Positions 1 through 11,982 of a DNA stretch of 64,000 nt are shown here, in pieces (position 1 is the stretch's first letter; every line of letters begins with the position of its first letter). The notes beneath the pieces are model-generated. The model saw only the letters and a list, made by a program, of their open reading frames with translations. It was not told the origin of the DNA and searched no databases. The position numbers and the translations under genes are program-made. The DNA is taken from positions 33,829,295 through 33,893,294 of the forward strand of contig NC_068998.1 in the NCBI RefSeq assembly GCF_001194135.2, written 5' to 3'. The stretch is from Octopus bimaculoides. Lineage: Eukaryota.

Positions 1-448
1 TCCTGGAGTTAAGGATGTTCCCTAGGTCAAAGGATTTCTTTAATATCCTCGTCTGTTAGGCTAAGGATGTTCCACCGTACATGGATGGCTAAGGACGTAG
101 CATATCTCCTCTCCGGGATCCTGAAAGAGGATCTGTAGTTGGAGAGGTGCTGGTTGAACATGTATCTCCGTATGCAGGTGTTGGTGATGTAGTTTCTGAC
201 GATGTTCACATTGCTGCTACCATTGTTGTTGGTGCTGATGTCATTGGTGTCAGTGTTGGCATCGTTAAAACTGGTGTTGGCATTGTTGATACAGAGTAAC
301 GAAGTCTTTTCCTCCTCCCTTTTCTAGAGAGGCCACTTGCCAGAGAGGTCATAGGCCAACAGGTTTTAGGGTCTGAAGAAACGCTGTAAGGTTAAGCACT
401 TTATGGATGTGAAACTCAATGTAACCCTATAGACTGACCTTATCTATC

Positions 449-499
<51 letters not shown>

Positions 500-500
500 G

Positions 501-706
501 TTACGGAGATGCACTTGCATAGCAAGTGACCTGATCTGAGATCGTGTGCTGGAACGAAAACAATTGCAGCGTGGAAGGTGTTTATAAGCCATTTAAAATA
601 ACACACAAAATCCGTTAGATTCACTTCAACATTTAAATTTAATTTGTCAAAAAATATTTTTGTCGCTTTGAGACCGCGACCTGTTCACTGACAAAATTCT
701 GTGCTG
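501..706 (-). mobile_element. Probable Penelope-like terminal repeat (pLTR) fragment carrying a hammerhead-like motif
   Basis: Non-coding segment between (TA)n tracts. The minus strand at 695-643 has a hammerhead-like architecture typical of PLE termini. Family assignment is by inference. Confidence 0.4.
643..695 (-). ncRNA. Degenerate minimal hammerhead-like motif with G3:C8 core
   Basis: Minus strand reads TTTGTCA-GTGAACA-G-GTCGC-GGTCTCAAA-GCGAC-AAAAATATTTTT-TGACAAA: 7-bp stem I, 5-bp stem II and palindrome AAAATATTTT. G12 of GAAA is replaced by A in this copy. Confidence 0.4.
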
Positions 707-1424
707 TATATATATGAACTAAAAATTAAAGCATATTCAATATATGAAAATGAAATGTAAATGAATTAAATATAAATGAGAATAAAATGATTATCATTAT
801 TCAATGCAATAAGTCAGTAAAATATGGAAAAAACGTAACATTGAAAATAAGGTATAAGAAACAAAACGTAAGCATAAAAATAACTAAAAAATGTATTTTA
901 TAGAGAGACTCATTATACATAAGGGTAAATATAATGAAAGTTATATTCCCCAGTGATAAAATGTGCACTCATACACATTACATACTTTCCAAATTAGAAA
1001 TAGTGGTGAATGCAAATTAATATTGAACTACAAAGCTAGACGCATAAAATTAATATATACTATTAGATCATATTAATATATTAATTTGGTTGAAATTATA
1101 TATATATATATATATATATTGATGTTTTTGTGGTAACCAGTTAATGCCAAGAGTTTACTAACAATAAAAATTTGTTTCTAGGCTATATACAATGCCTGAA
1201 TTATTGTGGATCATACCATAACAGCATGGTATGTAATATTTTTACATCAAAAGATAAAAAAAAAGAGAAATGAAAGGTATAAAATAGAATATTCAAAACT
1301 ATGAAACAAGAAAGAAGGAAATAAATTAGAAAAATCACATTAGTGGTGATATTAAGTTCACAAAGTAACACTTGATATATAAACTTACTTGGAATATATG
1401 TATGTGTATCTATCTATCTATCTA

Positions 1425-1487
<63 letters not shown>

Positions 1488-1500
1488 ATGTATATATATT

Positions 1501-1906
1501 CTTTTACTCTTTTACTTGTTTCAATCATCTGACTGCGGCCATGCTGGAGCACCACCTTTAGTCGAGCAAAACAACTCCAGAACTTATTCTTTGTAAGTCT
1601 AGTGCTTATTCTATTGGTTTATTTTGCTGAACCACTAAGTTACGGGGATGTAAACACACCAGCATCGGTTGTCAAGCGATGTTGGGGGTCAAACACAGAC
1701 ACACAAACATACACATATACACACACATATATATATATATATGACGGGCTTCTTTCAGTTTCTGTCTACCAAATCCACTCACAAGGCTTTGGTCAGCCCG
1801 AGGCTATAGTAGAAGGCACTTGTCCAAGGTGCCACACAGTGGGACTGAACCCAGAACCATGTGGTTGGTAAGTAAGCTACTTACCACACAGCCACTCTTG
1901 CACCTA
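1501..1906 (-). mobile_element. tRNA-derived SINE (octopus OR/RK-like), near full length, with internal microsatellite
   Basis: Minus strand head GGCTGTGTGGTAAG...GGTTCAGTCCCAC (A/B-box-like), body shared with many copies in the window, and (CA/TA)n linker. Confidence 0.85.
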
Positions 1907-1914
1907 TACATATA

Positions 1915-1968
1915 TCATCATCATCATCATCATCGTTTAACGTCCGCTTACCATGCTAGCATGGGTTG
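1915..1968 (-). mobile_element. RTE-type 3' tail fragment
   Basis: Reverse complement CAACCCATGCTAGCATGGTAAGCGGACGTTAAACGATGATGATG matches the tail at about 40355-40400. Cut by an N gap. Confidence 0.7.
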
Positions 1969-1994
1969 NNNNNNNNNNNNNNNNNNNNATATAT

Positions 1995-2841
1995 AAAAGG
2001 ATAAAGAGAACAATGGTAAAGATAGAAATATATTTTATGGATAGAGTCTTACAGCTGTTTCAGGGAAGATCCAATGCATCCCTTCATCAGAGACAGAAAT
2101 AGTAGAGGAATCGATTATTATATCTATAAGCGGAGCATTATAGTAGGAAGTGAGAGTGAGTGTGATGCGCTGAAAAAAGAAAGAAAGAACAGTACTTGGA
2201 GTGTAGCTTCATTCCAGTAGTAAGTATCAATGTAAATAAAATAATCCTTGTGGGAATTTTCCGGAGATAGTTGCTGTAGCAAAGGCTGAAATAGCAAAGG
2301 TGGATATATGTCATATCGTGTCCGAAGTATACTGCGTGTGTTTACTTGAAGGATGTCTCAAATCAAGTGAGAGATGTGTGCAGGGTAGATAGGTCAAGTC
2401 TTAAAGACAGAAGGGGATAGAGAAGTGATTCAGGTGGGGGATGGTAGTGATATTTTTTGTGGTTAGTTAATCTGACTGGACAGAGAGAATAAGTATTGGG
2501 AGCAAAGGAGGAAGGGGGGATAGAGGTAAAGGTTTAATAAGGAAGAAGGAATGCGCAGAGGTAATATGGAGGGGTAGGCTATAAGTGGTGACGGTATGGG
2601 TGACATTCCAAAGGAAAAAAGGAGAGAGAGAAAGAATTAGTAGTACCATATTATAAAAAATAGAGCTAAACTTAATTTACAGATGGTAGAAGGGGGATCA
2701 AAAGTTACCAAGAGTGGAATGTGTTTATCAACAAGTAGCCTGCATGCGGTGGTGGTGTTATTGTCAAGTAAGTGTAGAGGAAGTAAATTTGGGAAAATAT
2801 ATTAAGTAGTGATAGGATCAAAAAAGAAATGAATCTATTCT
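1995..2841 (-). mobile_element. Penelope-like element 3' remnant (RT C-terminus, GIY-YIG end, pLTR)
   Basis: Broken minus-strand frames give HIPLLVTFDPP (like the PLE RIPLV.T..P motif) and RIILFTLILTTGMK (like the E.RIIF.L.T..P.GMN endonuclease end), followed by a hammerhead at 2094-2046. Confidence 0.6.
2046..2094 (-). ncRNA. Minimal type I hammerhead ribozyme (PLE-associated)
   Basis: GTCT-CTGATGA-AGGGA-TGCATTGGATCT-TCCCT-GAAA-CAGCTGT-A-AGAC: intact CUGAUGA and GAAA core, stem I GTCT/AGAC, stem II AGGGA/TCCCT, palindromic stem III ACAGCTGT and GUA cleavage triplet. Confidence 0.8.
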
Positions 2842-3642
2842 AAAGATGGTATGGTCAGCTGATGATTTATGGATGGGGACAGCTATGTAAAGAAGTGACG
2901 GTATCTAACTGTAGAGAGAACCTGTGGTAGATGTAGACCCAGGAAGACATGGGACGAAGTGGTGAAGTATGCTCTTCGAACTTTGAGCCTCACAGAGGCA
3001 ATAACTAGTGACTGAGACCTTTGGTGATGTCTGTGCTCGAGAAGAACTGTCAAACAAAGTGAAATCGAGTCATGGCTGATGTTGGTGCCACGTAACTGGC
3101 ATGTAAAGAGCACCACTGAAGCATTGGCCCCCACGGAGGCAAATTGACTTAGTTCCTTTCGAGCGTTGGGATTTACGGAGGCAAAGTGGCTGAGTTCCTT
3201 TCGAGTGTTGGGTCTCACGAATGCAAAGTCACCAGGTTCCTTTCGAGTGTTGGGACTCACAAAGGCAAAGTGGCCAAGCTCCTTTCAAGTGTTTGACCTC
3301 ATGGAGGCCAAGTGATTGAGTTCCTTTCGAGCATTGGGCCTTACAGAGGCAAAGTGGACAACACCTTTGACATTATGCCGTGCTTGAAAAGAAGACCCAT
3401 GAAGCCTAGCAAAATCACACTCATGACAGATACTAGTGTCATGCAAATGGTACCTGTGCTAGTGGCACGCAAAAGCTCCCATTACACTCTCAAAGTGGTT
3501 AGCGTTAGGAAGGGCATTCAGCTATAGAAAACCCTGCCATATCAGACAGGAGTCTGGTACAGCATTCCAGCTTACCAACTCTGGTCAAACTGTCCAACCC
3601 ATCCATACCAGCATGCACATCAAACGTTAAATGATGATGATG

Positions 3643-3648
<6 letters not shown>
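2842..3648 (+). mobile_element. RTE-clade LINE 3' fragment (RT C-terminus, 3' UTR, (TGA)n tail)
   Basis: Frameshifted RWYGQ...RPRKTWDEVVKYALRTLSLTEAITSD, then a UTR containing GGCGTTAGGAAGGGCAT-like tail motif and ACGTTAAATGATGATG end. Confidence 0.8.
3121..3360 (+). repeat. 42-bp tandem repeat, about 5.7 units, inside the RTE 3' UTR
   Basis: The TTCCTTTCGA-like motif ends at 3162, 3204, 3246, 3288 and 3330 (exact 42-bp period). Confidence 0.9.
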
Positions 3649-3673
<25 letters not shown>

Positions 3674-3925
3674 TTCGTTTCTGGATTTGGTTTGCAAGAT
3701 TCTTTATGTGAGTTCGTGTGTTGAAGCATATTCTGTGGTATCTGGGGAAAGTCATTCTCTTTTAGTGCCTTATGATTTAACACACTTGCCGGTAAAATTT
3801 CCACTTATTTAAAAAAAATTTTCTAAAATTTTCATTGCATCTTGCAACCTTTTCAATATATATGTATATATCTGTGTATGTGTGCGGGTGTGTATTATAT
3901 GTATTTATATATGTATACATATATA

Positions 3926-4990
3926 CAGGGTATGGTGAATAAATTATTTTCTAAATTATGCAAAATGAAAATAACACTGACATTTCATTTTAACGGATAT
4001 ATTTACCAAAATTACATAGAAATATCCTGAAATACTAAAGAGAAAATCTATTCAATAAAACCGCCATTGGCTTCAATCACGGCCTCCAGACTACTTCGGT
4101 AATTACTGTAACTCTTCTGGATGGCCTCCTTGTTTAAGATGGTAAATGCTGCCATAATCCTTGCTTTCAGTTCATCTATGGTGTTAAAGGAGCTTTGTTG
4201 GTCCCTCACTCAACTGTGCCCTACACATAATAATCAAGGTGTTTGTGGTCTAGGGAGTTAGGTGGCCAGATGTTGGGGTGATGTGGTTGCAGAAATTGTC
4301 TGACAGCCACTCTCCTTCTTGTATAGCATGGTGCAGAGTTACTGAATATAGGGTCTTCCAGCAGCCACTGTCTTCACCCAGGGCAGCACTACCTCCACCA
4401 GGCACTTGATGTAGGCCTCCGTGTTGAATCTGAGGCCTTGTGGGAAGATGAATGGAAGCATAACGTTGCTAACACAAGTGATCACTTTAAACAACATGAT
4501 GTTGAGTGGGTGCTTGATTTTTATCACTCGCAGTACATGTTTTGGGGACTCAGAAAGCCAACGATTGTTCTGTGTGTTCACCATCTGACAATAGTAGAAA
4601 TTTTTCGTGTCTGAGAAAAACCAAAGCTTGTTCAGTTGGAAAGGATGCTTGAGTTTGTTCAAAAGCTTTGTAGCATGGTCTTTCCTCTTGTCCTTGATGA
4701 CTTAGGATAAAAATTGGTCCTTTCTCATCTTGTATGAGAAATACCAAATGTCTTCATGCACTACCTGCCTGATAAGAAACTCAGACATTCCCATATCCTT
4801 GGTGATGGACATGATTGACTTGGTGGGATCGTTGTCAATTATGGCCTGGATTACACCAACGAATTCAGGGGTTCTTTTCTTATTAGAACAATCAGAGTGA
4901 GTTTTCCAAGCTGCCCTACCTTCGTAGTCACCATTAGACTCATCCAACTCTTTCTGAATCGTCTGGGCTGTCCTCAGATTCATACCCAAA
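3926..4990 (-). mobile_element. Tc1/mariner transposon, DD37D (maT)-like, 5'-truncated and pseudogenised
   Basis: TA followed by CAGGGTATGGTGAATAAATT terminus. ORF pieces LWFFSDTKNF and KKRTPEFVGVIQAIIDNDP, plus a WPPNSLDH.HLDYY region. Clearly similar to 59510-60773. Confidence 0.9.
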
Positions 4991-5009
4991 CATTCATGTG
5001 TGTATGTAT

Positions 5010-5262
5010 ATCTTTTCTGTATTTAATCATTCTAAATTCTTCCTCTGAAGAAGGAGCTGGTTTCTAACTAAGATACAAAACTCCGTCATTGGAATGTAGC
5101 AGATGAAAGCAATGTTACATTTTAAACTTGAGAAAAGTCTTGCATAGTTTTATTATTCCAATTACACTTGTATTTTAATGTGGGTATCAGTTGGTTGATT
5201 TATTTTTCTGAAAATCCAAGCTTATCGAGACTGACAGTTAGGCATTTACTTACAAAACTAAA
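5010..5262 (-). mobile_element. R4/Dong-like REL LINE 3' end fragment
   Basis: Minus-strand LDKLGFSEK.INQLI...VIGIIKLCKTFLKFKM* aligns with the ORF end at about 32680-32790 (GLSKPERRKLI...TGTVKICKAF.KFII*), and it shares the 3' UTR stem-loop. Confidence 0.6.
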
Positions 5263-5319
5263 TGCTCCAATTATTGCTGGTTTAAATGTAAATTTTTAAT
5301 CTGGATATGGAAGCTGGTA

Positions 5320-5650
5320 GTCTGCAATCGGTCTTTCTGTTCATCAGGTAGCCCTGGCTGAGGTGCATAGGCTGAGATAATGGTAGCCGTTCCATGCTGC
5401 CGCACTAGTCTAAGCTTAATTATTCTATCACAAAGTCTGACTACCTCGATTATCTTATCAATCCATTTCTCCACAAGGAGTATTCCCATGCCCCAACCCC
5501 ATCAGTGTTCTCCTTCTAGAAAATTTTATATCTATGTTCTTTGCCTGTGAGGAACCTAGCAGAACTTACTCTCCACCTTGCTTCTTGGATACAGCACAAA
5601 TCTACACATCTCTGTTTAAGTATGGCACTGTGGATTCTGTATTGCTCATT
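5320..5650 (-). mobile_element. RTE LINE apurinic endonuclease (APE) fragment
   Basis: VDLCCIQEARWR...SARFLTGKEHRYKIF and GILLVEKWIDKIIEVVRLCDRIIKLRL...TIISAYAPQPGL are RTE APE motifs. Confidence 0.85.
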
Positions 5651-7085
5651 CAAAGGGATTTTGTAGTGTGAATGAAAACTTGAGAATATATTGGTAGTAT
5701 TTGTGGATAGATGGAGGGGGGAGATTTGTAGGGTTAGAATGAAAAGATAGGTCAACATGAAGACAGGAAGAGAAAATGAGAGGAAGAAAGAGAGAAACAG
5801 TAAAATAGACAAAAAAATAGTAATAAGAGAGAGAAAAAAAGAGAGAGAAGAAAAAAAGTGAAAAGAAAGAAAAGTGAAGAAAGGGTGAAAGAAGTGAGAA
5901 AAGGAATGTAAGTTGGTTAGCTGGTGGTCAAGATAATGTGAGGAGAAGATGGGAGAGGAGTGGGGGAGGGATAGGATAGGAAGAGATAAAAAGGTAAGGA
6001 GTGAATAAGTGCAAGATATATGAGTAGGGGTGATATGACAGGGCTGTATTAAGGGATAGGTAGAGAAAAGGTATGGATGGGGTGAGTAGTAGTTTTAGTA
6101 GTAAAATTTAAAGTGGAGGGAAGAATACAAGGATGTCAAATTTCTATAGATAGGCGTATTTGATAGATTAGTATGATAGGTAGGAATCAGAGAAGAGGAA
6201 AGAAGGTATAATGACATACGTACACGTGCACAATAATAATAAGAAGGATTATTATGAAGTGGCATAGCATTACCTTTAATTCTTTTTAATATATATACAA
6301 CTTTACATAGACCATATATATATATATATATATGTATATATGTGTTTGTGTGTATAACAACATCAAAAATGAAAAGTAACCAAAATATTTCAATCCTGTA
6401 CCAAACAAACTAATCACAGGCATGTCTTCAGAAGAAAAAAATTTGATTCCTTACTTGTCAGTAACCAAAATGATATTAAATGCATAATGGCAAAAGTGAA
6501 AGTAACCAGAAGCTCAAAGCTCACCAAATTATATCGACTACTTTTATTTATATTTTGTTTCTTGCAAATTATCCAAATTAGCCACCTGGATATATTATAT
6601 ACATATAAATTTTCTGTCAGACAAATCCAAATCCATCTGAAGTGTAACAATGGCTTCACCCAGTAACTGCCTTTGTTCTCTTTTTTCTACCCTCCTCCTA
6701 AGATCAGACTGAAAGTGTAGTGACAGGTGAAACAATGAGTGTATACAGTACGAGAAATTAGGAGAGTATAGAGTGGAATTTCACTATTGAAAAAATAGCA
6801 CCAAAATATTGGTGAGGCATCTCTCAGGGATATTTTTCTAAAAGAGTAATTTGTGTTTTAATTGATAAACAAAAGCAGAATAAAGACTGAGCTTTGTGAG
6901 TGAACTTACCTGAGTAATATAAATATATGTATAACAAGCTAAAGTTAGAATATTTATCAGAACTTTCTGCTTCTCAGCAGAGGAGTTTAAAATACAGATC
7001 ATTATCAACAATGTGAGAATTTATATGCAAACCTTTGAGTTGGTTCATGTTCATCCATAATTTTCATCTCTGCTTTATAGGAATA

Positions 7086-8161
7086 TGGTTAGTTGAAAAG
7101 TTCAATGGCTGACCAAGATATACTCATGTAATGTGACCAAATGAGGTTTCTTTTTAAGCATAGTCCCCCATGAGGTTCTCACTTCTTCCATCAGTGTTGC
7201 AGTGCATGGATAACATTAGTGAACATCTTTCATCTTGTTGGTCAGAAAGTCATCAACAGCAGATATGATGTCATCATCACTGTGATACTGGTTCCCAGCC
7301 AGGTGTTTTTGCATGCTGGGGAATACAGGATAATCAGATGGGGCCGAATCAGGAGAATAGGGACGATGATCAACCAACCAGTTCAGTCACAGTCATGTAC
7401 AGCAGCCATTGAAACCAAGGACTTGTGCACTGGAATGTTGTCTTCATGTCAATGTTCCAATCATCAGATGAAAGAAACCCCCTCCTGTTATCCTTTCATA
7501 ACTGCCTCAGCAAGTTGACATAATGCTCTCCATTGATGGTGCCTTCTGCATCCTAAAAAGAAATGAAGCCATTCCCTACAAATGAAACAATCTTGGCCTT
7601 CTTTGGAACAGATGAGGAGTGATGCTTCCACTACATGGATTGTCTTTTTGTTTCTGGCTCAAAGTGATGAACCCAACAATCATTCTGGCATAGAAAACAT
7701 TCAAGGAAACCAGCTGGATCTGCCTCAAATAATGTCAGATTTTCCATTGGTGTGATCAGCCTGGTGAGCTTTTGATTTTGTGTTAGAATATGTGGCACCC
7801 ACTGAGCATAAACTTGTGTCATGCTAAATTCATTGTGCAGAATATTCCCAGCTCTCTCACAGGAGATGCTAATAGCATTGGCTAATTGATGTAGCTGTCA
7901 TGTCAGCATGAATGTCTTTGGAGGCTGAACTCTTTTTTTGCAGGTATTTCATGTTATCCACGATACCAAATTTTGTTCATTTTCAAGAAAGACGCTATTG
8001 TTACTTTTGAAGCCTTCTATGGACAATCAGATCTCATTATATGTGGAAAGAAGCAAAGCGGTTAGTAATAAGAAAAGGTGAAATTAATGCATGGAATATT
8101 TTATTATGTCTTCAGCATCACTCCTTTATTGTCCGCCTATGAACTTTTCAGCCCATCTGCA
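7086..8161 (-). mobile_element. mariner (DD34D-type) transposon, internally deleted, both TIRs present
   Basis: TA-flanked imperfect TIRs around the core TGAAAAGTTCA(A/T)(T/A)GGC. Fragments AQWVPHILT and WVHHFEPETKRQSM. Confidence 0.9.
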
Positions 8162-8418
8162 TATGATACTTCATTTCATTGCTTGCTATTATATTTGTTT
8201 TGTGCAATAGTGTTATAAATAGCAACAATGGGCTTAAAGATTTCCTTTCTCTCCACTGATAAATATGATGACATATGACATACTTGGTCTAATGTCAGAA
8301 CAGTTTTTATAGCTATTTGATTTAATGCCTATATCTCTGTTATTCACTAGAATATTTTAAGGTGTAACAGCATGCATATTTAAGTGTGTATCTACATACA
8401 TACGTACATATATATATG

Positions 8419-8630
8419 TGGTGAGCTGGCAGAAACATTAGCACGCCGGGCGAAATGCTTAGCGGTATTTAGTCTGTCTGTACGTTCTGAGTTCAAATTC
8501 TGCAGAGGTCGACTTTACCTTTCATCCTTTCCGGATCGATAAATTAAGTACCAGTTGCATACTGGGGTTGATCTAATCGACTGGCCCCCCTCCCCCCAAA
8601 TTTCAGGCCTTGTGCCTTGAGAAGAAAAGA
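8419..8630 (+). mobile_element. tRNA-derived SINE, second family (OK-like)
   Basis: GGTGAGCTGGCAGAAAC...GAGTTCAAATTC (A/B-box-like), then CTTTCATCCTTT...GATAAATTAAGTACCAG body. Reverse copies at 22635 and 41087. Confidence 0.8.
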
Positions 8631-8866
8631 AATATATATATAGTTTACTGTTCTGCTAAAGTAGGATAAACAAAAAAGTACTCCATCCAGTGAGAGATAA
8701 ATATCATTTAATGTTCACTGTAATAGTTTTCAAATAGAACAAGCTATGTGCTCAGAGCCCGAAGATTGCTTGGAGACACAAGGCACATTATAACAATATG
8801 ACTAACCACATGTCTCAATGACAAGAAATTATTAGTAGCCTTTATTTTAGTACAATGTACATTAAA

Positions 8867-8915
<49 letters not shown>

Positions 8916-8949
8916 CACAGCCACTTGGCTGAAACACATAAATAAATAA

Positions 8950-9027
<78 letters not shown>

Positions 9028-9029
<2 letters not shown>

Positions 9030-9264
9030 TTTTTATTCTTTTACTTGTTTCAGTCATTTGACTGTAGCCATGCTGGGGTACTGCCTTGAAGGGTTATAGT
9101 TGAACAAATCGATACCAGGACTTCTTTAAAGCCTAATACTTATTCTATCATTCTCTTTTTGTTGAACCACTAAGTTACAGGGACCTAAACATTAACACTG
9201 GTTGTCAAGCAGTAATGGGGGACAAACAGAGACACAAAGGCACACACATATATACATACATAGA

Positions 9265-9298
<34 letters not shown>

Positions 9299-9473
9299 GA
9301 GAGAGAGAGAGTGGGCTTCTTTTATTTTCCATTTAGTAGATCACCTCATAAGGCTTTGGTCAGCCCAAGGTTATAGTTGAGGACACTAGACCAAGATGCC
9401 AGGCAGTGAGACTGAACTCAGAATCGTGTGGATGGAAAAGAAGCTTCTTATCATACAATCATGCCTGTGCCTA
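9028..9473 (-). mobile_element. tRNA-derived SINE (OR/RK-like)
   Basis: Homologous along its length to 1501-1906. Confidence 0.85.
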
Positions 9474-9477
9474 AATA

Positions 9478-9511
<34 letters not shown>

Positions 9512-9513
9512 CA

Positions 9514-9544
<31 letters not shown>

Positions 9545-11371
9545 ATATATATATACACACACTCACAACTCAAAGACTTGCCTATATATGTTTATATAAA
9601 TGTGGAAAGAGAAGAGGAAAGCCATATAGGCAGAAAGATAGATTAATAGAACGCTGGTGATATGACCAACAATTGAAGATGCAGGCGATTGAGGAGGGAA
9701 TTTATTGAAGAAACCTATCCATCTCTGACTAATCTATAGAAAATCATCAATGAATGACAGCAATGACAAATGATGATGATGTCATTGATGATGGGGATTT
9801 CTAGTTGCATATGAAGTTCTGTAGAACTACTCTGATTATTGATCCTCTTACTAGAAACATAGATGTCTTGAAGGAAGGAATACATATTTCTTCAGATTTG
9901 GTTGTTTGTATTTTTTCTCTTTTTGTTTGTTGTTTTGTCAGGATACTTTGAAAATGTTTCATATAATCAAAGAACATGTACATTCAAATATTATCTGCTT
10001 TGATTCTTTCAGCCAAGAATTTATTAATATTTCTTCCATTATTCTGTTTTATGTCATAGGATATCTGATCAAGCTTTGGTTTCAACTGATTCTTTGCTTT
10101 CACGCTTTTGGGTATTCACATGTGCTTGTATATTAGTATTGAGTGATGTATTGCATTGAGGAAGATTTGCATATAAAAGCTGAGTGCGATGTGGATTGTA
10201 GGACAGGATAGGTGGTGGTGGTGGGTAGTGTAAATGGTTGTGAAGGTTGGTGGGTGTTGGGGCTGCTTCTAGTTTCACCAAACAGAAAATATTTCAAGTA
10301 GAAATACATCATTAAATAATGGGAAAGAATGCTCTAATCTCTATAAAGAAATAACTTCTCATCTTTTGACAGATTCTTAGATCAGTAGTAAACAGACACA
10401 CTGAAATTGCAGAATATATGCTAAAATGTATAAAATATGAAAATTGTTAGAATTTCAGATGAATGGAGAAAGGTATTAAAACAATCAGAAAAGGAAGAAA
10501 GATTTGGTTACTTACCAAAATGATAAAGTGAAGAAATTGGTGACTGATTTTATTTTGAAGATGTGATACACAACTCATCCAAGATAAAATATTTAAAAAA
10601 TCCTCCTCTAGAATCCAAAATTATTTTTACAAATACTCTCTTGGATTTTTCAATTATTACTTCTAAGGTTTCTTTCTTTCTTTCTTTCTTTTTATTTTGC
10701 TGGTTGGAATTGAAGTTAGCTAAATACAAAATATATTATCATCATGGAATTGTTTGCAGCCAAGAAGGATTTCCACATGCATGAGAATGCCTGCATAATG
10801 AGTTTAATTTGAAATAGACAACTGAAGAGTATAGTATAACATGTGATAACGTAACACTTACACAAAGACTAAGATGATATAAGATTTGGAATCTCCTTTG
10901 AATTCTCTTGAATCCTTTTAAGTTTATGAAGTCCACATTGATTATATTGTCTTCTCAATGGTTACATTGGTGAGAAGCACTAGCATGTAGTACTAGTTAT
11001 AAATAAACTGAGCATATAAGAGTTAATTGTCTTGTCTAATGAATTGGCAAATACCAGAAATTCAACACCTTAGTTAATAACTTGACACTTTAATAGCTTA
11101 GATAATTGCATTTCTTTACAGTGAAATACTGAAAGTAACTAGGTTTCAATAAAGATGATACATAGCTTGAGGACTATGTTATGCTTTGTCATTTTGTATG
11201 ACATAGAATTATTTCCATGACAAGTTATTAGAAAAATATTACAACTCACTATACAAAGGCCAAATAAATAAGAAAACTTTGGAAGTTTAAATTAAAAATA
11301 CAGCTTCAAGTGGATATTTGGGAAACTTTTAAATAAATTTTTTAAAATAATGTAAAAATGAGTAAATACAC

Positions 11372-11510
11372 ATGCATGGCTATGTGGTTCAGAAGCTCAC
11401 TTTGAAACTATGTGATCTTGCATTCAGTACAACTATGCAGCACATGGAGCAAGTGTCTTCTACTCTGGTCCTTGGCTGGCCAATGTCTTGTGAGTAAATT
11501 TGGTGGACAT
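11372..11510 (+). mobile_element. SINE 5' head fragment (OR/RK-like, diverged)
   Basis: GGCTATGTGGTTCAGAAG...CAAGTGTCTTCTACT...CTTGTGAGTAAATTTGG. Confidence 0.7.
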
Positions 11511-11741
11511 ATATATAAGTTGTTTTCTGTTTCTCCATTTCTACCTTACTATATCGATCTAGTATGAAAGGAGTGTTATCCTTATATAGACCATCCACTA
11601 TTTTAGGAGACCAGGATATGATTTTGGATAGGATGTATACTCCAACTAGTCTGTTTCTAGCTGACTATATGACACAAAAGCTCTGTGTCCTTATGTTTTC
11701 GAAGAGGGGAGATTAGCATCTCCACCCAGCACAACCTAGCA

Positions 11742-11784
11742 TCCATGAACTAGTTTCAGGGTTATTGCCTTTTATCAGCATGGA
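11742..11784 (-). ncRNA. Minimal hammerhead-like motif (G8 to A variant)
   Basis: TCCATG-CTGATAA-AAGG-CAATAA-CCCT-GAAA-CTAGT-T-CATGGA: perfect 6-bp stem I and palindrome AACTAGTT. Confidence 0.6.
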
Positions 11785-11982
11785 GTAGCTTGGTTTGCTA
11801 GATGTTGCTGCTAATCCGCTGTCAAAAACATAGAACCCAAAGTGACAAATAGTCACTGATCTACAAAAATTTATATCTCTCTTTGAGAGATTTAGAAATA
11901 TAATATTTCTAAATATTTGTCACTTTGAATTCGATATATTTTCGACAGCAGATTGGCAGCGGCATCTAGCAAGCCAAGCTAC

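Noticed and set aside
3121-3360. Regularly spaced repeats resembling a CRISPR array
   Set aside because: Units are contiguous tandem copies with no unique spacers, there are no cas genes, and the context is eukaryotic.
8419-8520. tRNA-like sequences with A/B boxes (also 1800-1906, 43207, 57731)
   Set aside because: They continue into SINE bodies and I could not fold a full cloverleaf; they are SINE heads rather than tRNA genes.
10516-10610. Exon-like segments next to GTAAG/GTAAT donors on the minus strand (also about 6911-7000 and 15173-15250)
   Set aside because: Acceptors are weak, frames are short and no protein family is recognised, so they cannot be assembled into a gene model without transcript data.
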